The position numbers and the translations under genes were made by a program. Positions 59,814 to 64,000 of a stretch of 64,000 nt of DNA are shown piece after piece. Location: positions 14,215 through 78,214 of IMG/VR virus record IMGVR_UViG_2929656146_000003; one strand, written 5' to 3'. The stretch comes from a virus. Its lineage: Duplodnaviria > Caudoviricetes. The notes beneath the pieces were generated by a model. The model worked only from the letters and a program-made list of their open reading frames with translations. It made no database searches and was not told where the DNA came from. The first letter of the stretch is position 1, and the number at the start of each line of letters is the position of its first letter.

Positions 59814-60060
59814 GGGGGCCTCCCTGGAGGATCTGGTCGGGGGCGAGCAGGTTGAGGGCGCAGGCGATGCCGACCGCGTGGGTGACGTTCACCGCGTTGA
59901 GGGCCTCGAAGATGGACCGCAGGTAGGTGCGGACGGTGTGCACGCTGATACCGAGCGAGGTGGCGATTTGACCGGGCTGCTCACCTCGGGCGTGGGCCAG
60001 GAGAACCGCGGTCTGCTGGTCGGTCAGGTGCGGCGCCGTCTGGATTCGGGGGCCGGTCAC
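59803..60060 (-). CDS. LuxR-type HTH protein
   Basis: 'LTDQQTAVL...ARG....IA..LGISVHTVRTY'. Confidence 0.8.
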   Translation of the reverse strand: MTGPRIQTAPHLTDQQTAVLLAHARGEQPGQIATSLGISVHTVRTYLRSIFEALNAVNVTHAVGIACALNLLAPDQILQGGPHAR

Positions 60061-60803
60061 GACGCCACCCCCGCCGGCAAAGGGAGCAGCGGCCACGACC
60101 TGTCGATGACCTTGTCCGGCGCTCCGCCCTGTTCCGGCGTGGCTTTGGTCCGGAACCACTCCTGCAACCCGGCCTGCTGTTCTGCCCGCCACGCCTGCTG
60201 CGCCCCGTAGAGCCCGGCGGTACCGAGCGCGGAGAGCCACGGGAACTGCTGGAACTGGGCCTCGGCGATGCTGAGCGCGGCGACGGCGTCTGCGTCGGCC
60301 GTGTGCCAGCCGGTGACCTCGATGCCGTAGACGTCGGCGGTGGGCTGGAGCTTCCGCCTGCCGGAGCCCTTTCGGTACCGGTCTACGTGCTTGTCGATGA
60401 CGTGCGGGTCGACCAGTGCGGGCCACTCTGTGGTGAGCCGTTCGCCCATCGGGGCCAGGCCGTTGCGCCGCAGGTCGCGGTCCAGCACGGTCCAGTCGAA
60501 CGACAGGTTGAACGCGATGACGGGCATGCCGTAGTTGAGGGCGGCCGCGAGTCTGTCGGCGATCTCCTCCAGCGCGACCTTCGGGTCCTGCCCTTCGGCC
60601 TCCGCCTTCTCGGTGGTGATGCCGTGGATGGCGGTGGCCTCGTCGGGGATCGGCACGCCGGGGCTGATGAGCCAGTTGTAGGTCTGGTCTGCGCGTCCGC
60701 CGCCGCGTACGACGAGGGCTGTGGTGACGATGCGTGCTTCCTGCGGGTCGGGGCCGGTGGTTTCGGTGTCGAAGCCAGCACGGCGGATCTTGTTGAGGTG
60801 CAC
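60057..60803 (-). CDS. DnaQ-like 3'-5' exonuclease
   Basis: 'FDTETTG...IHGIT...FNLSFD...H.A.AD'. Confidence 0.92.
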   Translation of the reverse strand: MHLNKIRRAGFDTETTGPDPQEARIVTTALVVRGGGRADQTYNWLISPGVPIPDEATAIHGITTEKAEAEGQDPKVALEEIADRLAAALNYGMPVIAFNLSFDWTVLDRDLRRNGLAPMGERLTTEWPALVDPHVIDKHVDRYRKGSGRRKLQPTADVYGIEVTGWHTADADAVAALSIAEAQFQQFPWLSALGTAGLYGAQQAWRAEQQAGLQEWFRTKATPEQGGAPDKVIDRSWPLLPLPAGVAS

Positions 60804-61147
60804 GGGGTCCTCCTCTCGGAGTGGTGGATGATGGGCGGTGCGGGGCCGATCCCGATTCGGGCGAGATCGGCCTCGACCGGACTAGAACGGAACGTGCGCA
60901 GCGGCTTCCTGCCGGAACCGCTCCCGGCGGGCTGACGGGCGCGACCACGCGTCACGCGGGGACAGCGGACCACCGAGGCTGTGAATGTGATCGTCGACCG
61001 CCAAGTCGACGTTCAGACCAGCCTCGTCGAGGTGCTGTGCGAGCCTGCACGCATGGGCGTGGCGTCCCTCGTCATCCGAGAGCAGCGCATCGGCAATGTG
61101 ACCGACCACGATGCTGCGCCACGAGGCGTCGACGGTGGGAGGCATGG

Positions 61148-61996
61148 TCATCGGGCACCACCCGGAACCGCCACCGACGGCCACTCCACCGGCTCGGCGT
61201 CGACGAACTCGCCCTCCACCGGTTCCTCCTCCGGCGGCATCGGCATTGACACCGACACCGGGATCGAGGCGGCCGGCCGCTCAGCAGCAACCTCGACCTT
61301 CGCCCGAAGCTGCTCCCGCATGTACTCCGCCGACGTCGGCACCCACTTCGTCAACCGGTGCGCCGCCGTCTTCAGCCACATCGCCTCCTCGTGCTGCTGC
61401 CACGGCGAGTACTGCGAGTCGGAACCCTTCGACATGGCCCTGGCCTTCGCCACCTGCGCCCGGTTCAGGACCACCACCTTCGACGTGGCGCCGTCCTTCA
61501 TCACCGCGTAGGCGTACACCAGCCGCAACTCGCCGCGGTCCTCCGCATCCCAGTCGATCTCATGGTCCGGGCGCTCGTCCCTTCCCGGCCGGTAGCGAAA
61601 GATGTCGCCGAACCGAACCACCTCGACGATGACGGACGACACCGCGCCCGCCCGGTAGATCAGCTCGATCTCGCCCTGATAGCCGCGGATCCCGGCGATC
61701 TCCTCCTGCCGGGTCTTCCCGTTGTAGCGGGGCGTCAGGTAGTACTGCTCCGTCCCCGGCTCCAGGCCCAGGCGAGCAGCCTCCATGAGCGCGCCCATCA
61801 GAGCCGCGGGGTTGTTCGCGGCAGCCTTCATCAGCTTGTCGTCGCGGCGAAGCACCGAGACCGCGAGGCGGGCGAACGTGTCCGGCTTGACGTGCGACGG
61901 CATGACCGTGGCCAGCTCGCCCTTGTACTGCTCGATGATGGCGGCCGGCCCGGTGTCACGGACGGCGATGGCGTTGGAGACGGTCTGGGCGGTCAT
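61148..61996 (-). CDS. recT: RecT-family recombinase
   Basis: 'AARLGLEP...YL.P...GYQG.IEL..R.G...SPW....EAMWLKT'. Confidence 0.92.
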   Translation of the reverse strand: MTAQTVSNAIAVRDTGPAAIIEQYKGELATVMPSHVKPDTFARLAVSVLRRDDKLMKAAANNPAALMGALMEAARLGLEPGTEQYYLTPRYNGKTRQEEIAGIRGYQGEIELIYRAGAVSSVIVEVVRFGDIFRYRPGRDERPDHEIDWDAEDRGELRLVYAYAVMKDGATSKVVVLNRAQVAKARAMSKGSDSQYSPWQQHEEAMWLKTAAHRLTKWVPTSAEYMREQLRAKVEVAAERPAASIPVSVSMPMPPEEEPVEGEFVDAEPVEWPSVAVPGGAR

Positions 61997-62895
61997 GCGG
62001 CGGTCCTCCGGGTACGTGCGGGGAGAAGCTGGTAGGTGCGACCTGCGCGGACGGTCCGGGTGGCGACGCGGTCACCGAGGACAGTTGCCCGCCGGCCCGT
62101 GCCGATGGCGTCCAACAGCTCGCCCTTGCAAGCGGTGACCTCGTCCTCAGCCGCCCAGAAGGCGTCCTGGGCAGCGTGGAACCTGTCGCGAAGCTGCGGG
62201 TCGATCTCGACGTCGATGTCCTCCAAGCCCTCCGGCAAGGCCCGGAGAACCTGGTACGTCGCGCTGTGCCCGTCGATCGAGGGTCGCTCGTTCTCCCGCA
62301 CGGTCCGCATGAACTCGGCGGCTGCGGCGCGCATGGCCAAGGCGTCGGCCGCGTCGTACTCGACGAGGTACTCGCGGTAGTCCGCGCCGGCGATCAGCAC
62401 CGCCACGTGGCAGCGTCGTACGCCGAGCACGTCGAGATACCAGATGCACTGCGCTCGGTACCAGACCGGGATCTGATCTGTTCCCTCTTCGCCCCATCCC
62501 TCGTCGTCGCGGGACGTCTTGGCCTCCAGTAGCTCCAGCTCGCCCGCCGGGCCGCGGAGCAACCGGTCCGGGTTGGCGATCTGCTCCGGCCGCATGGCTG
62601 AGCGGAACGTGGGGGAGAGGTCGACACTCCACTCGGGATGAAGTTCGGCGAACTCGGCGCAGATGGTGGGCTCGTGTTTGGTGCCCCACCTCATGACGGG
62701 GGTCTCTTCGATGTGCCCGGCGAGCCCTTGCTTGCGGTGCCACAAGGAGAAAGCCGACTCGAACGGGCTGAGGCCCATGACGGCGGCGATCTCGCTGCCG
62801 CCGATGCCGTTCGCGCGGGCGGCGTGCCACTCGGGCGAGCCGGGGGCGAACATGCCGATGGCTTCCGGGCCAGCCTCAGGCATTACGGCGGTCAC
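61993..62895 (-). CDS. YqaJ-like viral recombination exonuclease
   Basis: 'EWHAARANGIGGSEIAA..G.SPF...WG...E...ANPDR...LEAKT...Y.AQ..WY'. Confidence 0.92.
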   Translation of the reverse strand: MTAVMPEAGPEAIGMFAPGSPEWHAARANGIGGSEIAAVMGLSPFESAFSLWHRKQGLAGHIEETPVMRWGTKHEPTICAEFAELHPEWSVDLSPTFRSAMRPEQIANPDRLLRGPAGELELLEAKTSRDDEGWGEEGTDQIPVWYRAQCIWYLDVLGVRRCHVAVLIAGADYREYLVEYDAADALAMRAAAAEFMRTVRENERPSIDGHSATYQVLRALPEGLEDIDVEIDPQLRDRFHAAQDAFWAAEDEVTACKGELLDAIGTGRRATVLGDRVATRTVRAGRTYQLLPARTRRTAA

Positions 62896-63791
62896 GACTC
62901 CCCGCCCGTCCGCTGCCGCGGCAGCCACCCCCGCGAGTCCCGCGCCGAGCACAACCCGGTGCAGCAGTGCGCCATGTGCTCGTACCAGCGACGCAGGAAC
63001 CAGACCAACATCCCGACTGACAGCACCACGCCGACCGCGACGATCAGCAACTCCCAACGGTCCGCGCTCACGACGCCACCGCCGCACGCCACTTCTCCAA
63101 CGCGTTCGAGTAAGACGCACTGTCGTCCGTGCACCATTCGCACGGCGCCGTCCGGCCAGTGAGGTGCTCACACAGCAACTGCGTCTCGGCCTCGTCCGCA
63201 CGGTCCGGGTGCACCTCGGCGGCATACATCAGGATGATCGCGAAAGCGACACCGTCGACCGTGAACGACAGCATCTGTGTCGTCCGGCCCGTCCTTGTGT
63301 TGGTCCACGGGTCGTACTTCCTGGCGCCGAGCTTCTCCGCCAGCCTGGCGCCGGCGCCGGCCGGGGCATCCCAGTAGGTGCCCTGCGCCTGCCCGGACGC
63401 GGCCAGGATTGACCAGGTGGCGATCGGCAGGTCGTGGTGGGTGGCGAGGAGCTTCGCGAGTGCTCGGGAGACGTGGAGTTGCGGGTGGGGGGTAGAGTCG
63501 GCTCTCATGGCCTGCCTCCTTGTTGTGTGGATGGTTGGGCCGTAGGGGTCGCCTTGGAATGGCCTCCAACGGCGGCCCCGGCCGAAAGGTCTAGGCGGCG
63601 ATGGACTGCCGCGTCGGCGCTTCGGTCGACCGGGCGCTCAGATCGGCGTTCACCCGGGCCATGGCCGGGGCGAGGATCGGCCGGAGCTCGGCGACTACCT
63701 CCGCGCTCGGCGGCGGTGCTGCGGCAGCCCGGCGGCGAATCTCAGCCAAAAGCTGCGGGCCCAGCAACCGAAGGTGGTCGGCAGGCGTCAT
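62892..63791 (-). CDS. Hypothetical genes (63068-63508, 63591-63791 and a small membrane ORF ending at 62892)
   Basis: RBS or start/stop overlaps in the early operon. Confidence 0.55.
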
Positions 63792-64000
63792 GCGGCTTCC
63801 TCCACGTCGTCCAGAAGCTCCGAGACGCTGATGTCGTACGCCCGCGCGATCCGCTGCAGGCGGCCGACACGGGGCTCTCGGGTGCCGCGGAGGTACCGGG
63901 AGATGGAGCCCTGATCGAGGCCAGTGCGCTTGGTGATCGTGGCGACGGTCTGGCCTGCGGTGATGCGGGCGAAGTTGCGCTGGAAGGTCGTGCTGCTCAT
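63788..64000 (-). CDS. XRE-family HTH (Cro-like)
   Basis: 'TGLDQGSISRYLRGTREP....L.RIA....ISVSELL'; at the head of the early operon, start at window edge. Confidence 0.85.
   Translation of the reverse strand: MSSTTFQRNFARITAGQTVATITKRTGLDQGSISRYLRGTREPRVGRLQRIARAYDISVSELLDDVEEAA

Larger units (their letters stand above)
1..64000. mobile_element. Temperate siphophage / prophage of a Streptomyces-like host
   Basis: Intact head-tail gene order plus early recombination/replication module; ends not in window. Confidence 0.92.

Overview
High-GC actinobacterial (Streptomyces-like) temperate siphophage/prophage region, almost all transcribed on the minus strand. 1-21 kb is the virion module (terminases, portal, MuF, scaffold, capsid, head-tail, tail tube, frameshifted tail chaperones, tape measure, minor tail proteins), preceded by a 966-aa fibre-like gene and an inserted HNH endonuclease. 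43-64 kb is the early region (Cro-like HTH, YqaJ/RecT, DnaQ, RuvC-like resolvase, WhiB, SSB, replication initiator plus helicase loader, C5 methyltransferase, many small ORFs). About 22-36.5 kb is an unexpected integrase-less island resembling an actinomycete conjugative element. It holds a TraB/FtsK translocase, a DUF2637 gene with a dense oriented GGCGCY array (candidate clt), a Xis-like HTH, a UTRA-only gene plus a GntR-UTRA repressor, a three-gene PemK/MazF operon, and a second replicon (Rep with iterons plus DnaB). Two near-identical 35-bp promoter/operator copies point outward into the transfer arm and the replication arm. The best candidate for a new system is this co-regulated transfer and replication module inside a tailed phage. 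All product names come from motifs recognised by eye and gene order; no database search was run. Lysis genes, integrase and immunity repressor were not seen and probably lie outside the window.
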